This document shows, piece by piece, positions 19,512 to 35,674 of a DNA stretch of 64,000 bases. The notes under the pieces were generated by a model. The model worked only from the letters and a program-made list of their open reading frames with translations, was not told the origin of the DNA and made no database searches. The translations under genes and the position numbers were made by a program. The stretch is taken from the NCBI RefSeq assembly GCF_009914755.1, contig NC_060927.1; one strand, 5' to 3'. Source of the stretch: the human T2T-CHM13v2.0 reference genome, Homo sapiens. Numbering within the stretch: the first letter of the stretch is position 1; each line of letters starts with the position of its first letter.

Positions 19512-19660
19512 CTTCAAAATAAACAAAGTGAAAAATACTTCAAACACGAAACAAGCCAATCAGTATTCCATTTATGAGTGATTAATGTGTAATTTATATG
19601 CACTCCTTTATATATCAGAATTTGGTAGAGAAGATTTACTCATCAGCCAAAAAACTGGAC

Positions 19661-19761
19661 ATTATGTTGCCCAGGTTAGTCTCAAACTCCTGTCCTGAAG
19701 TGATACTCCCACCTCAGCCTCCCAAAGTGTTGGGATTACAGGCATAAGCCACCACACCCAG
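19661..19761 (-). mobile_element. Partial Alu left arm
   Basis: CTCCCAAAGTGTTGGGATTACAGGCATAAGCCACC. Confidence 0.85.
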
Positions 19762-19957
19762 ATTACTTAAAGAATTATATACAGTCCAAATTTGATTGTG
19801 AATAATAAAAATCAGAGGCTTTCCAATAAGTGCGAAAAGACTATGTCCTTATACTAGCTCAGATCTGTCAACCTAATTTACATCTATGCTTTAAATTCAC
19901 CCATAGAAGAATAAAAACCTGGTAAAAAGCAAAAACGAAAAACAAGCAAAAACTGTC

Positions 19958-20293
<336 letters not shown>

Positions 20294-21859
20294 TCAATAG
20301 TAATAAATACCACATATAGGTTTTCCATTCTAGCAAAAGCTAATAACAGAAAATTATAGTGATTCCTGACCATGCTTTCTAAAGACACAGGTAGGTAACA
20401 CATGGCAGCTGTAGCTTACAAAGACATAAGACACTTGAATTATTCCAATCATTACCAAAACACAGAGGAAGCAATATTTAACTTTCTTGAGGCTTCAACT
20501 ATGATAAAGTTACAAAGCACTTCAAAAGTAGCTGTATTATTTAATTATCAAGCATTAATCTCTTTTTTATTAAATTAGAGCATATCTTCTATGGAGGGAA
20601 GCAGCATACTACGCACTGGAGTACAAAAATGCAGGAATTATTAGTTCAAATTACTATAGTGGCCAGATAGGTAACATAAAGGAATAAAGTGAACTGGATG
20701 AAAGACAACAGGAAATGACTGAAACGATAGTATTTTAGAGATGCAGTGTATCTATTGATATTACAGGTTTGCAGTATCCAACAGCAATTGTTTCCTATCC
20801 AGTTCATATATAAGATGCTCGTTTGTATTTGAGCCAAAGGACTTTCTACCAATGGCTCTTAACTTTGAAAGTCCAAAGTCTTTCCTGGGTGGTCAGTAAG
20901 AATATGGGATTTTCAAGTGAATTGGTATGTAGCCCTCAATCAATAGATACCCACGTGAACCTCTACAATCACTAGCCTGTTAAAAATCCAGAGTTTACTG
21001 ATTTTTGACTCTTAAATTCTTTTGCTGCATTTTCATATTTAGATGAAACAAAAAAAACAACTAGACAAGAAATCCAGTCAAATGCCCAAACCAGAAAATA
21101 TACATTTTCCCTGACACATCCAGACTATCCCTTTAGTCAATGCATCCTTTCTGGGGCAGTTAATCTCACATGTACCACATACTCTCAGACAACAGAGACT
21201 AAAAATTAATGTTCCTATGAAAGAAATGACGGCCTCAAAGAAGGATCAGATAAAACAGTACTATTTCTTATACCCCAAATCTTATGTAAAAAGGTCCCCC
21301 AGAGAAGCACAAGAGTGCCTAATTCATTTTTCTTATATATTAAGATGAATGATTCAACACTATAAGATTTTATAGAAAAGCAAGTAGAAGAGCTTGAAGT
21401 GAGAATGGGAAAAGACTGGTGTCCAAATCAGAAGTAGCAAGGCCATGCAGCTAAAGAGAATATAAGTTAAAAGCGAGAAAATATATACTGTAAAAAACAG
21501 GAACATTTTAATGTCGGCAGAGAAACTGTATTCTCTGTTAGATTCAACAGACTTCTTTTTTTTCCTACTTTTATTCCTGAGTATCATATTTTGACTACCT
21601 TATTTTGGTTATAAACATTGTGGCTCTTTATCTTCTATAGTTCATGTATAACTTCTATGATCTTCCCTATTTCTTTTACTATTCTTGCTAAAAATATTTT
21701 TCTAACTAGTACAAAAATTGTTTTCCAATTTTGACATCTGCTCACTTGCAAGGCTGCCTCTGTGAGAAACATCCCCTCCATCAATGCTTGACAATCACCA
21801 CAAAAAAAAAAAAAAAAAAAAAATCAAATGTTATCTAGTCCTCTTAGGTAACAAGAGAA

Positions 21860-23900
21860 AGAAAATCTGAACATTCTTGTGTCTGCTAAGGAAAATGCAT
21901 TCAGAACTAAAATCCTTCCCAAGAAAACTCCAGGGCCAGACAGATAGATAGCTTCATTGGAAAATTCAACAAAACATCTAGAGATGAAATAACATTCTGA
22001 AACATTACAAGACAGAAAAATTTCAGGACACTATCGTTAAGTTCATGCTTGTGAACACAGATGTAAACCTAAACAAAATATAAGCAGTTCAAAATCAATG
22101 ATATATAATATATATTATAAGGATGTGGGTTTTTTCCCCCCACAAATGAATGGTTTAGCGTTAGAAAATCAATGTAATTTATCACGTTAACAAAATAAAA
22201 GAGAAAAATCATCTCCATAAATAATTGGATAAAATTCAATACTTACAGGATAAAAACTCCCCATAAACCAGGAATAAAGATTAACTTTCTTAATACAAAA
22301 AGGGTATCTACAGAAGACCTGCTGGTAACACCATATACAATGGTGAAATACTGTGTCCCCCAGTTTGTGAACATGACAGTGATATTTATTATCACCATTT
22401 CTGTTCAACACTGAACTGGAGGTCTTACCAATGCATCAGACAAGAAAAAAGAAAATGAACAGTATAAAGATAGGAAAGAAGGAAGTAAAATTCATTGTTC
22501 ACAGATGACATGGTTATATACGTAGACAATCTGAAAGACCTATAAAACCTAACATTAACAAATTTAGCAAGATTGTTGACTAAGCAATTAATATACAAAA
22601 CAGATATTTCCTATATATCAGTTAAAATTAGAAACATTTACAAAGTAGTACATTTATAATAGCATGAAAAACATCAAATAGCCAGGACTAAATCTAACAT
22701 ATAAAACCTCTACTATACAACACTGCAGAGAGAATGTAAGAAGGACTTCAATAAAAGAAGAGATATTCATATTAATGGACTGATTAAGAAACTCAATTTA
22801 ATTCTTCCTAAACTGATCTGTAATGTTTTTGATCCTAAAATTAAAAAGGAAATTCAAAGACCCAACATAATCTTGAACAGTAACAAAATTAAGATTTACT
22901 TTACATCAATATTTATTATAAAATTATGATAATTAAGAGACTGCAGGTGGTACAAAGACAAATAGTTCAATGAAACAGAAGAGCCTAGAAATAGGTTCAT
23001 ATATATGTGGTCACTTAAAAGAAAAGCACCAATGCAATTCAGTGGCAGAAATGGTCTTTCAATAAATGATGCTAGATCAATTATATATCTGCATATTAAA
23101 AAATCTCTCATTACATGCAAAAATTAGATCAAAATGGATCGGACCTAAATGTGAAAGGCAAAATAATAAAGCTCCTACAAGTCCCTTATGACCTAAGGAT
23201 AGGAAAAATTTCAACAGGTCACTAAAAGCACTACCTTAATAGAAAAGACTGATAAGGAATTAAAAAATTTTATCCATCAAAAAGTACCATTGTTTTGAGG
23301 GAAAACATAAACTCAGTGAAGACATCTGCAACAGATATAACTGATTAGAGTTATTTCTCAAATACATAAAACTTCCTTTAAATCAATAATAAAACCAATG
23401 GAAAAATGTAAAAAGATTTGAACAGACATTGCATTGAACAAGAGTCAAAGCAATAAGCACAGGCAAAAATGCTGAAAATAATTAATCATCAGGAACAACC
23501 AGCAATAAATGAATAAATAATAATCATTAAAATCATGAGATAACTTTATACATATACATACTATTCATAATTAAAAAGATGGATAATACCAAGGGTTGGT
23601 GAGGATGTAGAAAAACTGGGGTCTTAATTGCCTCCTATACTGTTGAAATTGTTCAGCAGTATCCGCTGGAGACTAAACATATGCCTACCCTGTAACACAG
23701 CAACCTCACTCCATGAGAAATGACTGCTTATGTCTGACAAGGATGTGCAAAAACATCCACAGCAGCTACACTCATAAAAGATCAGAACTGTAAGTGACTC
23801 AACAGTAAAATGAAAAAAATTGTTGTACACTTATACAATGGAATAATACATAGCAGTTTTAAAAAGCCATGTGACTGATCATTAAGCTAAATTCTTAAAA
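21860..23900 (+). mobile_element. Old L1M ORF2 remnant
   Basis: A-rich degenerate ORF2 motifs (TTCACAGATGACATG, GGTCTTTCAATAAATGATGCT). Confidence 0.75.
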
Positions 23901-23952
23901 TTGGTACCCTTACTGAATATATGTTTTAATTCAATTAAAAATTAAATAAAGA

Positions 23953-24550
<598 letters not shown>

Positions 24551-24554
24551 TCTC

Positions 24555-24719
24555 TTTTTTAAGAGATGGGTCTCATTATGTTGCCCAGGCTGGAGTGCAG
24601 TGGCTAGACACAGGTGCAATAATAGTGCACTATAACCCCCAAACTCCTGGGTTCAAACAACCCTCCTGCCTCAGCCTGCCAAATAATTGGGACCACAGGC
24701 ACGCACCATTGTGCCTGGC
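24555..24719 (-). mobile_element. Alu monomer (FAM-like)
   Basis: Single arm retaining 7SL-like CAGGTGCAATAATAGTGCACTA segment. Confidence 0.8.
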
Positions 24720-26173
24720 TTTTTTCCTTTTTGATGTGAAGAAGTCTTAACATGGTAGGAAAATGAGCTCTCGGTGATATTAAGCAGAGAAAAGGAGCAG
24801 TGTTAGAGAGGTATCTTAAGACTGTAGGACGATCCCTCCTATTTCCTTCAGATAAGGAGTATGTAAACATGTTCGTGTGCTGATGGTAATGATCCAGTAG
24901 ACAGAGGATTTGATTATGCAAGAGAGAGAAGGGACAGCTGCAAGAACAAGATTCTCTGCAGACAACAAACAATGACATTCAGTATACAAATGGAAGACCT
25001 GGTTTTCAACAGGAACAATGACAGTGACTCCCATTAAAACACAAGTGAAAGTCGAGTTTCGGGGTAAAAATATAATTACATAGGTATATCTGAAAGTGGA
25101 AAAATAAGGAAATTCTCTTCTGGGTGCTTATATGAAATATGAAGTGAGATCATCATTCATGAATAGTAGATGGCAAGTGAAGGTTTGAGGGGAGAGAAAA
25201 ATTCTTTAGAGTGGGAGAGTGAATTAGGGAAATGTAGTAGGACTGCAGGCAAGAGTAAGGCACTATCTATGATTTATGGCCATACGTAAAAAGCACAATT
25301 TTGTGCTTTTCTCCATGGTTCTGCTTTTTAGGAACCATAAATGAAATAGCAGAGTTTGCCTGCACCAGTGTTGGGGGATTCTGCTGCGAAGAAGAAGGGG
25401 GCAAAGGACTTGAAGATGTGCAATGAAGTGAACATGAGAAACCATGGAATGTAAGCTAATACAAATAGAAAAATTGAGACAAGGGGCAACAAAATAATAA
25501 TGTCAAATGACTGAAGGTCAAAATGAGATGGAATTGCTAGAATAGAGGTGAATGAACTGAGGGTTGTAGTCACACAATGGGATGATCAAACTGGTATTTT
25601 AGAGGTGATGAAAGTTAATAATTATAGATAACAAAATCTAAAGTATTATCTTAGAAGCAAGTAACTGAGTTGAAGTGGAGGGCAGGATAGTCAGAAAGAG
25701 ATGAAGAAACCAAAAAGTCAGGGTGTTGGATGAATCATTAGTGTGGTTTTTGGACATGACCAGGAATGACAGCATGAGTAACAGTGGCAAAACGACAATG
25801 GGCCTTCGCACTAAAGTCTTCAGTGACTACAGCCAGACTGATGAAGAGAACACCAGATCACCACAGCCAGGGATAGAGAGTAAGCTGAATAGCCTGACAG
25901 CAGGGTGACTGTGCAGGCTTCAGAAGAACTGACAAGTAAAATTCACTTATGTAAAAAAAATTTAAACACAAGTGCTTTTCAAAAAACACAAACAGATTGT
26001 TTATGAATTGCATATGCAGAAGTGTACAACGAAACCCACATCTACAGTTGCCTAAGAAGGGAAGGGACTGGAAGCAAAATATTATGATCAAGTTGAAACT
26101 GCAAGGTGAATGTCAGCTTTTTCATAATGCTTTATTAGTTCAATAACAGATGGGGGAAAAAGTAACATAATCA

Positions 26174-26459
<286 letters not shown>

Positions 26460-27088
26460 AACATAATCATAATCAGGGCACTAATACTCAATTCGTGGAA
26501 CAACTGTCACAATGTGCACATGGTTATTAGATAGGCAGCATTTAAAATAAGATACTTGAATTGATGAATAAAATGGCTCATTATTTAAAAAATACACAAA
26601 GCCTTTATATAAAGTTTATGTGCTAGAGGAAGTATATGTAAGAATTTCAAATAAGTAGCAAGGTTCTTTTCTTTGACACAAAAGAAGTATAAGACACCAT
26701 CCCTGTACATCAGACAGGTTAAATATTATTAAGGAAATAATTCAATTATACTTGAGCAATTAATAAATCAATGAGCAGATAATGAAGATACATTACTGGA
26801 GGGCAGTATGTAGATTTCAAAATGTCATGTTTTTAACTGATAATGATTAGTAATATAATGAATCTTGACAGTTCTAAAATTGGAAGCACTGTTACTTTAA
26901 AAATCACCAATATTTCTAAAATTCTACAATTTAAAAAAGGAGCACTCAAAAGCAGGTTATACCCAGTACGTTTAAGATCTTTATTATTTACGGGTTCTTC
27001 AAACATTAACTCAATGCAAAGAACAAATACAGATTTCATTTTTCCACCAATACAAACACATTAAAAAATATACTTAAATCTCTTCTCA

Positions 27089-27595
<507 letters not shown>

Positions 27596-27694
27596 CTAAG
27601 AGCAAAGAAAATCCCTTTAATTTTAGATATATTGTAAATCAGTGTTTCTCAAAGTGCAGGCCATGAACTAGCAGCACCAGAAACCTCAGAATTA

Positions 27695-30125
27695 CAGGCA
27701 TACCTCAGAGATATTACAGTTCCATACCACAGCAATAAAGCGAATATTGCAATAAAGCCTGTCATTATAAATTTTTTGGTTTCCCAGTGCATGTACAAGT
27801 TATGTTTACACTATATTAAGTAAGGAATAGCATTATGTCTAAAAATACAATGTACAGGCCTTAATTTAAAAATACTTTATTGCTAAAAAAAACCGCTAGC
27901 AATCATCTCAGCCTTCAGCAAGTTATAATGTTTTTGCTGGTGGAGCATCTTGCCTTAATAATGATAGCCTTGATACTGAGGGTGGTAGTTGCTGAAGGGT
28001 GGGGTGCCTGTGTTAATTTCTTAAAATAAGACAAAAATGCAGTTGGCCATATCCACTGACTCGTTCTTTTACAAAAGATTTCCCTGAAGCATGTGATGCT
28101 GGTTTGATAGCATTTTACCCACAGTAGAACTTCTTTCAAAACTGAAGTGAATTCTCTTAAACCCTACTGCTGCTTTATCAACTAAGTTTATGTAATATCC
28201 CAAAATCCTTTGTTGCCGTTTCGATAATGTTCACATCATCTTCACCTACCAGGATTAGATTCCATCTCAAGAAACCACTTTCTTTGATTATCTATAAGAA
28301 GCAACTCCTTAGTTGTTAAAGTTTTATCATGAGGTTGCAGCAATTCAGTCACATCTTCAGGCTCCACTTCTAATTCTAGTTCTCTTATTATTTCTACCAA
28401 TTTGCAGTAACTTCTGCCACTAAAGTTTTGACCTGTTCCAAGTCATCCAAGAGGGCTGGAATCAACATCTTTGAAACTCCTGTTAATGCTGATATTGTGA
28501 CCTCCTCCCATGAATCATGAATGTCCTTAAAGGCATCTAGACTGGTGAATCCTTTGCAGAAGGTTTTCAATTTACTTTGCCCAGATCCATCAGCGGAATC
28601 ACTACCTATGACAGCTATAGCTTTATAAAATGTATTTCTTAAATAGTAAGACTTGAAAGTCAAAATTATTCCTTGATCCATGGACTACAGAGTGGATGAC
28701 AAGTTAGTAAGCATCAAAACAACATCAGTCTCCCTGCACATTGCCATCATAGCTCTTGGGCAGCTAGGTGCATTGTCTCAGAGCACTAATATTTTGAAAG
28801 GAGTGTTTTTTTTTTGTTTTTTTCTGAGCAGCAGGTCTCAATAGTTGGCTTAAAATATTCAGTAAACCATGCTGTCAACAGATATGCTGTCATTCAGGCT
28901 TTGTTGCTTCAGTTATAGAGCACAGGTTTCATTACAGTTATACAGAACAGGCAGACAGGCTTAGCATAATTCCTTGGATTTTCTGGACTGGTAAATGGGC
29001 ATTGGCTTCAACTGAAAATCACCAGCTGCATTAGCAACTAACAAGAAAGTCAGCTTGTACTTTGAAGCTTTGAAGTCAGGCACTGACTTATCCTCTCTAG
29101 CTGTGAAAGTCCTAAAAGGTGTCTTTTTCCAGTAGAAGGCTGTTTCATCTACATTGAAAAATTGTTGTTTGGTGTAGCCACTTCCATTAAGTATCATAGC
29201 CAGATCTTCTGGATAACTTGCTGCAGCTCCTACAGCAGCACTTGCTGCTTTACCTTGCACTTTCATGTTATAGAGATGACTTCTTTCCCTCAACCTCATG
29301 AACCAACCCCTGCTAGCCTCACATTTCTCTTCTACAGCTTCCTCACCTCTCTCAGCCTTTTCAGAATTGAAGCACAGTTAGGGTCTTGTTCTGGATTAGG
29401 CTTTGGTTTGAAGGAATCTTATGGTTGGTTTGATCTATCTAGACCACTTCAAACTTTGTCCACAACAGCAATCAGATTGTCTTGCTTTCTTATCATTAGT
29501 GTGTTCACTGTAACAGTACTTTTAATTTTCTTCAAGAACTTTTCCTTGGCATTCACAACTTGGCTAACTGCAGCAAGAGGTCTAGCTTTCTCCCTTTATT
29601 GCCATTGAACATGCCTTCCTCACTAAGTTAAATCTTTTTGACATATAATGAGAAATATGCAACTTTTCACTTGAGCACTCAGAGGTCATTGTAGATTTAT
29701 TAACTGGCCTAATATCAATATTGTTGTATCTTGGGGAATAGGGAGGCCCGAGGAGAGCGAGGGAGATAGGGGAATGACTAGTCATCAGAGGAGCAGTCAG
29801 AACACACACATTTATCTATTAAGCTTGCTGTCTTATATGAGTGTGGTTGTGGCACTCCAAAACAATTAAAATAGTAACATCAAAGACTAGTGATCACATA
29901 TTACTGTAACAGATATAATAATAATGAAAAAAGTTTGAAATATTGCGAGATTTACCAAAATGTGACACAGAGACATTAAGAGACATGAAGTGAGAACATG
30001 TTGCTGAAGAAAAAAGGTGCTGATAAATTTGCTCAATTCAGGATTGCCATAAACCTTCAATTTGTAATAAATGTAGTCTCTGTGAAGTGCAATAAAGCAA
30101 AGCCCAATAAAATGAGGTATGCCTG
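27695..30125 (-). mobile_element. Full-length Tigger1 (pogo-like) DNA transposon with degenerate transposase
   Basis: Terminal inverted repeats CAGGCATACCTC / GAGGTATGCCTG, TA on both sides, 2431 bp; transposase pieces [12 protein letters not shown] (28961..29299) and MDQGIILTFKSYYLR (28394..28681). Confidence 0.95.
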
Positions 30126-30494
30126 TACTTTGCTTGTTAATAGAATGAACGGCTTGTTCAAGCAAATTTCTGTGCTCAAGTGGAAAACTTAGAACAAAAC
30201 AATTTCAATATTTGCAAATGTTCTTTAGTGACTGTTACTTACATAAAAGTTTGAAAATCCTTTAAATGTAACTATTACTATAAAATAATAAAGGTGAAAA
30301 GGATCCCCCCCTTCTAATTATAAAAATTTTGACTTAAAGTAGATTTTAAAAAATGAGTAGATTAACATGCTTAATTGTTTCTTTAAAAATATTTGCATAA
30401 TGTTTAAACTTTATTATACTGAGAACATTTCACTAATGGCATCACAACTGAAGAAGTAAGATAAATTTAAGCAAACGTATGCTAACAGACTTAC

Positions 30495-30639
30495 AGTTGG
30501 TGATATCAGGTGGTGCATAGCCATCATTCATATACATACTTGTGGGTTTTGCCACTTTCAAATAAACAAAATCAGATGTGTTCTTTAAGGCAGTTACTGC
30601 TTCTTCATGAGTAACTTCTTCTAAACATACGTTATTCAC
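30495..30639 (-). CDS. DLG1: DLG1 exon, end of PDZ2 ([15 protein letters not shown]...APPDITN)
   Basis: 145 nt, phase 0/1, TTTTTTTAG acceptor, GTAAGT donor; overlaps ORF 30442..30639. Confidence 0.97.
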
Positions 30640-31379
30640 CTAAAAAAAGTCCCAAAAGACATTTATGACATATTCACTTGTTCTCTGAGTTTTGGAAACA
30701 ATTTCACGAAAAGAAAGGGAAAATAAGAGAGTGGTTTAAGGAAAATAAAGGTATGCCGAAAGAAAATACCCATGTTTGATGTCTATGATCTCAGTAAGTT
30801 GTTTATCATGACATGTGAAGTCGTTGAATGTTAACAGAATAGCCCATCTTGATTCCAGTCTCCATACCTCCTATTCTCCCAGTCTTAATTTTCTCTCATT
30901 CTTAGGCATTTAGGAATGTGTGTGGATGCGTTTTAGACATTTTTATCTTTAAAGAAATGAAAACATACTAAAATTTTTGTTTTTATGTTAGGATTTTTAA
31001 TGTAAGGTACCTTAGAGACTGTTCCATGTTGGGACACAAATTAATAGAATTACTACATTGTAACAAAACAGCTGCACAGTAGCCCATTGTGTGGCTATAT
31101 CATAATTTATTAAAGATCATATCTGTTAATATTCCCATATTTAGATTGGAAAACTATTAGAACACAATTGAGCACAAATATTTAAATTGTTCTCCTAAAT
31201 GGTTTTAGTAAATTTATACTCACTACCACAGAATATGAGAGTGCCCATCTACTTAGACCTTTGCCAACATTAAACATTATCAACTAATTTAAAAAATCTG
31301 TAAAATGATGCATCTTTTAATTTATACATCAATTAGTTTTAAATTTCTACTTTCGTAATACTCAAGTTGATTTTTTTTC

Positions 31380-32250
<871 letters not shown>

Positions 32251-32424
32251 ATTTTTTTTTTTGCAAATAAGTAAAACATTATCAATGTTTCCGTTTTAAA
32301 TTACCATGTATTAACAATATTAACTTTAATATACTTTTCACTTTTTCCTAATTTGTACCTTTACAGTTGACTATTGCAGTTTTTAATATTTTCACAAAAA
32401 AATGTAAAGGTCACAGAATAATAA

Positions 32425-32520
32425 TTTCCCTTCACTGATGATTAACATTGCTTTGCAGAGTCTCAGCAGCATGGTCATTTTTATGGCTCCACATTACCAT
32501 GCAAAGCAAGGACTGCCTGC
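32425..32520 (-). mobile_element. Old Tigger-type DNA transposon end
   Basis: Reverse complement CAGGCAGTCCTTGCTTTGCATGG...CCATAAAAATGACC. Confidence 0.5.
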
Positions 32521-32524
32521 ATTT

Positions 32525-32920
32525 TGAAATACATATTAAATAGCTGTGGCATACTGCTGAAATACACATTAAATAGCTGTGGCATACTGCTGAAATACAC
32601 ATTAAATAGCTGTGGCATACTGCTGAAATACACATTAAATAGCTGTGGCATACTGCTGAAATACACATTAAATAGCTGTGGCATACTGCTGAAATACACA
32701 TTAAATAGCTGTGGCATACTGCTGAAATACACATTAAATAGCTGTGGTATACTGCTGAAATACACATTAAATAGCTGTGGTATACTGCTGAAATACACAT
32801 TAAATAGCTGTGGTATACTGCTGAAATACACATTAAATAGCTGTGGTATACTGCTGAAATACACATTAAATAGCTGTGGTATACTGCTGAAATACATATT
32901 AAATAGCTGTGGTATACTGT
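32525..32920. repeat. Minisatellite, 12 x 33 bp (TGAAATACACATTAAATAGCTGTGGYATACTGC)
   Basis: Direct count: 396 bp, near-perfect units. Confidence 0.98.
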
Positions 32921-33390
32921 TTCTTTGGTGGCCTACAATAAGCCATGCATCCTGGTATTCACACCCTTGTAAAAATCTCTTTCTACACTGAATTTTGCTT
33001 GTCCACGTAACTAGCTTTAGCCAATGAGGTACAGTAGTTGTGAAGGAAAGAGAAGATTGATAAAAACAATGTACCAGTGCTTGTCTTCTTTGGAAAGCTT
33101 ACTTTTGGAACCTAGCCACCATCCTGTGTGAAACTCACCCTAACCACGCAAAGAGACCACTGGATAATTAAGCACCTGGCTAACAGTCCCAGCTGAGTTC
33201 CCAGCTAAGAGCCAACTTGCCCACCATATGTGTCAGCCAACCTAACAGTGGATTTTGTGGCCTAGTACAGCAAAGACAAGTTGTTCCTGCCAAGCCCTAT
33301 CCAATCTGCAGAATTGTAAACAAATACATGAGTGGTGTTTTTTAGCCATTAATCTCTGTGTTTTCTCACATATCACTAGATACCTGACAC
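32908..33390 (+). mobile_element. MLT1-type MaLR LTR
   Basis: TGTGG start, TCCTGGTATTCACACCCTTGT, TAGATACCTGACACA end. Confidence 0.75.
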
Positions 33391-33399
33391 AAGAGCTGA

Positions 33400-33820
33400 C
33401 ACAATTTGCTGAGGGATTTAATGTGAAATGTGTAAGATGATGATCCCAAAGTTTTACGCCAGAGAAAAGTTATTTGACCATCTACCAGAGTCGTCTTCTA
33501 CACATTAAGAAACAGTGACCTTGGGAGTGAATAGTAAAAAGGAGAAAATGGACAAGGAGTGAGTTCTGGATTACTTCAATGTTTAGAGGTTACAGATATG
33601 AGGAGGCACCAGACATCAGAAAGACAGAATGAAGAGTGGCTACTAAGAAGAGAAATACCAAGATAAAGGGTGACTATTAGGCAAATGAAAAAGTGTTAGA
33701 AGGAGGAAGGTGTGTCAAACTCCAGCCAGATAAGTCAATTAAGACGAGGACTGAGAATTGAATGATTCCAGTGTAATTAAGAGAACAAAAGCCTCACTAA
33801 AAGTTGATTTAAGAGAGAGA
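33400..33820. mobile_element. L2 fragment
   Basis: Purine-rich L2-like motifs (GATAAGTCAATTAAGACGAGGACTGAGAATTGA). Confidence 0.5.
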
Positions 33821-34414
33821 CTTGCCACAATGGTATCAGCACAGGTTGCTGTCTCCTACCACCAAAGCCAGTTCTAGAGAAACCATAAAGGAAAACATGG
33901 TAGCCAAGAAATTAAAAAGTAAAACTGAGAAAACTAGTGCAACAGAAGGCTGTCTTGACTGTGTTTGTGTGTGAGTGATGAGTGATGGTGAGATGGTACT
34001 GGTTATAGTTTGAGGAAAGAGTGGTGATCTCAGCTGTGAAAGGATAAGTTAGAGAAACATAGTTCAAGTTCTGCTCTTTCCTTTTCGCCATCATTAACTA
34101 AAAAAAGTCTCCTTGCAACAATAAACAGTACTAAACAGGATGTAGAACAAAGGAATCTTTTATATATTGCTGATGTAAATTTTTACAAGCAGCCTGGAAA
34201 ACAACAGGATGGTTTTTAAAAAGAATGCTACTAGTAGGATAATCAATAATCCCATGACAGTCAAGTAAAATTCTTGTACATGTTCACCAGAACACACAGC
34301 AGCTCTTCCCAGGAAAATTATTCATAATACCAAAAAAAAAAAAAAAAAAAAAGACTTAAAATAGATTTTTAAAAACCAGTACTTGCTAGTATATTTTTAA
34401 AAACCAACTTCCTA

Positions 34415-35081
34415 CTATGCCAGATCCAGTTTATGTGCCTTTTCAGATTCTGCTAGGCCTTGGCTGCTTGCTCAGTGGAGAGTCCTGACTATTATACTAC
34501 TTTCATCTTGTCTCCTGCCCTTCCCAGTTTTCTGAGCCTCTTCTGGCTGGGACTGGGCATGGCTGATGTGTTCCACACAGTGAGGGCCATAACATGTCAC
34601 AAACCTATGTTTGACCTGTCATACCACTGCAACTCTACCATTTTTGGGCTTGGGTGAAGTGTTGTGCCATGGAGTATAGGAGCTGGCTTCCCTAGAAACT
34701 GCGCCCAGGGGAGTTGGGTAACACAATCCAAAAGCTTGGGACAAATAACCCCTAGGGGGTAGACAAGAGACAGGAGAATAAAAGGGCCAGCAGATAAACC
34801 TTTCTTTCTTTTCTCTGGATGGCTGGATGTAAGGTTTATGATGCCCGGATGGTTTTTACAGTGTCTGCCTAGAAGACTGTTATACATGACAAGCAACAAG
34901 CTACCTTATAAAATTACAGCCAGCTCAGACACATTCTACCTTCTATTGGCTCTCGTTCATTCTCTGCTTCACTCCTCATTTTTACTCACTCTAGCCTTCT
35001 TGAGATCACACAGCCAAATAATACCTTAGCACTTTAGCTTTTCTTCAGATTCCGTTTCCCTAAGGAACATGGACTGAGACA
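34415..35081. mobile_element. Probable old ERVL-class LTR
   Basis: GC shift and LTR-like terminus TCCCTAAGGAACATGGACTGAGACA; family not assigned. Confidence 0.4.
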
Positions 35082-35090
35082 GTTATTGAT

Positions 35091-35441
35091 TGATATGGTA
35101 TGGCTCTGTGTCCCCACCCAAATGTCATCCTGAATTGTAATCCCCATGTGTTGGGGGAGGGACCTTGTAGGAGGTGATTAGATCACGGAGGTGGCTCCCC
35201 ATGATGTTCTCTTGATAGTGAGTGAGTCTCATGAGATGTGATTGTTTTATAAGCATCTGGCATTTCCACTGCTGGCACGTCTCTCTCCTGCTGGCATGTG
35301 AAGAAGGGCGTGTTTGCTTTCCCCCACCCTCCACCATGACTGTAAGTTTCCTGAGGCTGGTGAGTCAATTAAACCGCTTTCCTTTATAAATTACCCAGTC
35401 TCGGGTAATTCTTCATAGCAGTGTGAAAACAAACTAATACA
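35091..35441 (+). mobile_element. Solo THE1 (THE1D-like) MaLR LTR
   Basis: TGATATGGTATGGCTCTGTGTCCCCACCCAAAT...AACTAATACA; 5-bp TSD TTGAT/CTGAT. Confidence 0.92.
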
Positions 35442-35674
35442 CTGATGAAGACTGGACAAATAAATTGCAGTACAGACATACAGTGGAATAGTATGTAGAG
35501 ATAAAATGAATGAACTTTAGCTCTAAGCAATGATATGGGTAAGTCTCAGTAAAGCAATATTGAGTGAAAAAAATACTGGAGATGAAAGTCTCATACAGTG
35601 CAATAGTGTTTTGAAAAAGCTTCAAAACAAATAATACTAAACAAAATTATTTAGGCATATGTATATAATTAAAC

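Noticed and set aside
19284-19581. Overlapping alternative-frame and antisense ORFs over the linker exon
   Set aside because: Short, with intronic or non-ATG starts and no support; by-products of the coding exon
28394-29299. Transposase-like ORFs as a domesticated TIGD gene
   Set aside because: Fragmented by stops and frameshifts within an ordinary Tigger1 copy
32432-32991. Three long repetitive ORFs (138-155 aa) and a CRISPR-like 33-bp periodicity
   Set aside because: Units are head-to-tail with no unique spacers and there are no cas genes; the ORFs arise because a 33-nt unit lacks stops in those frames
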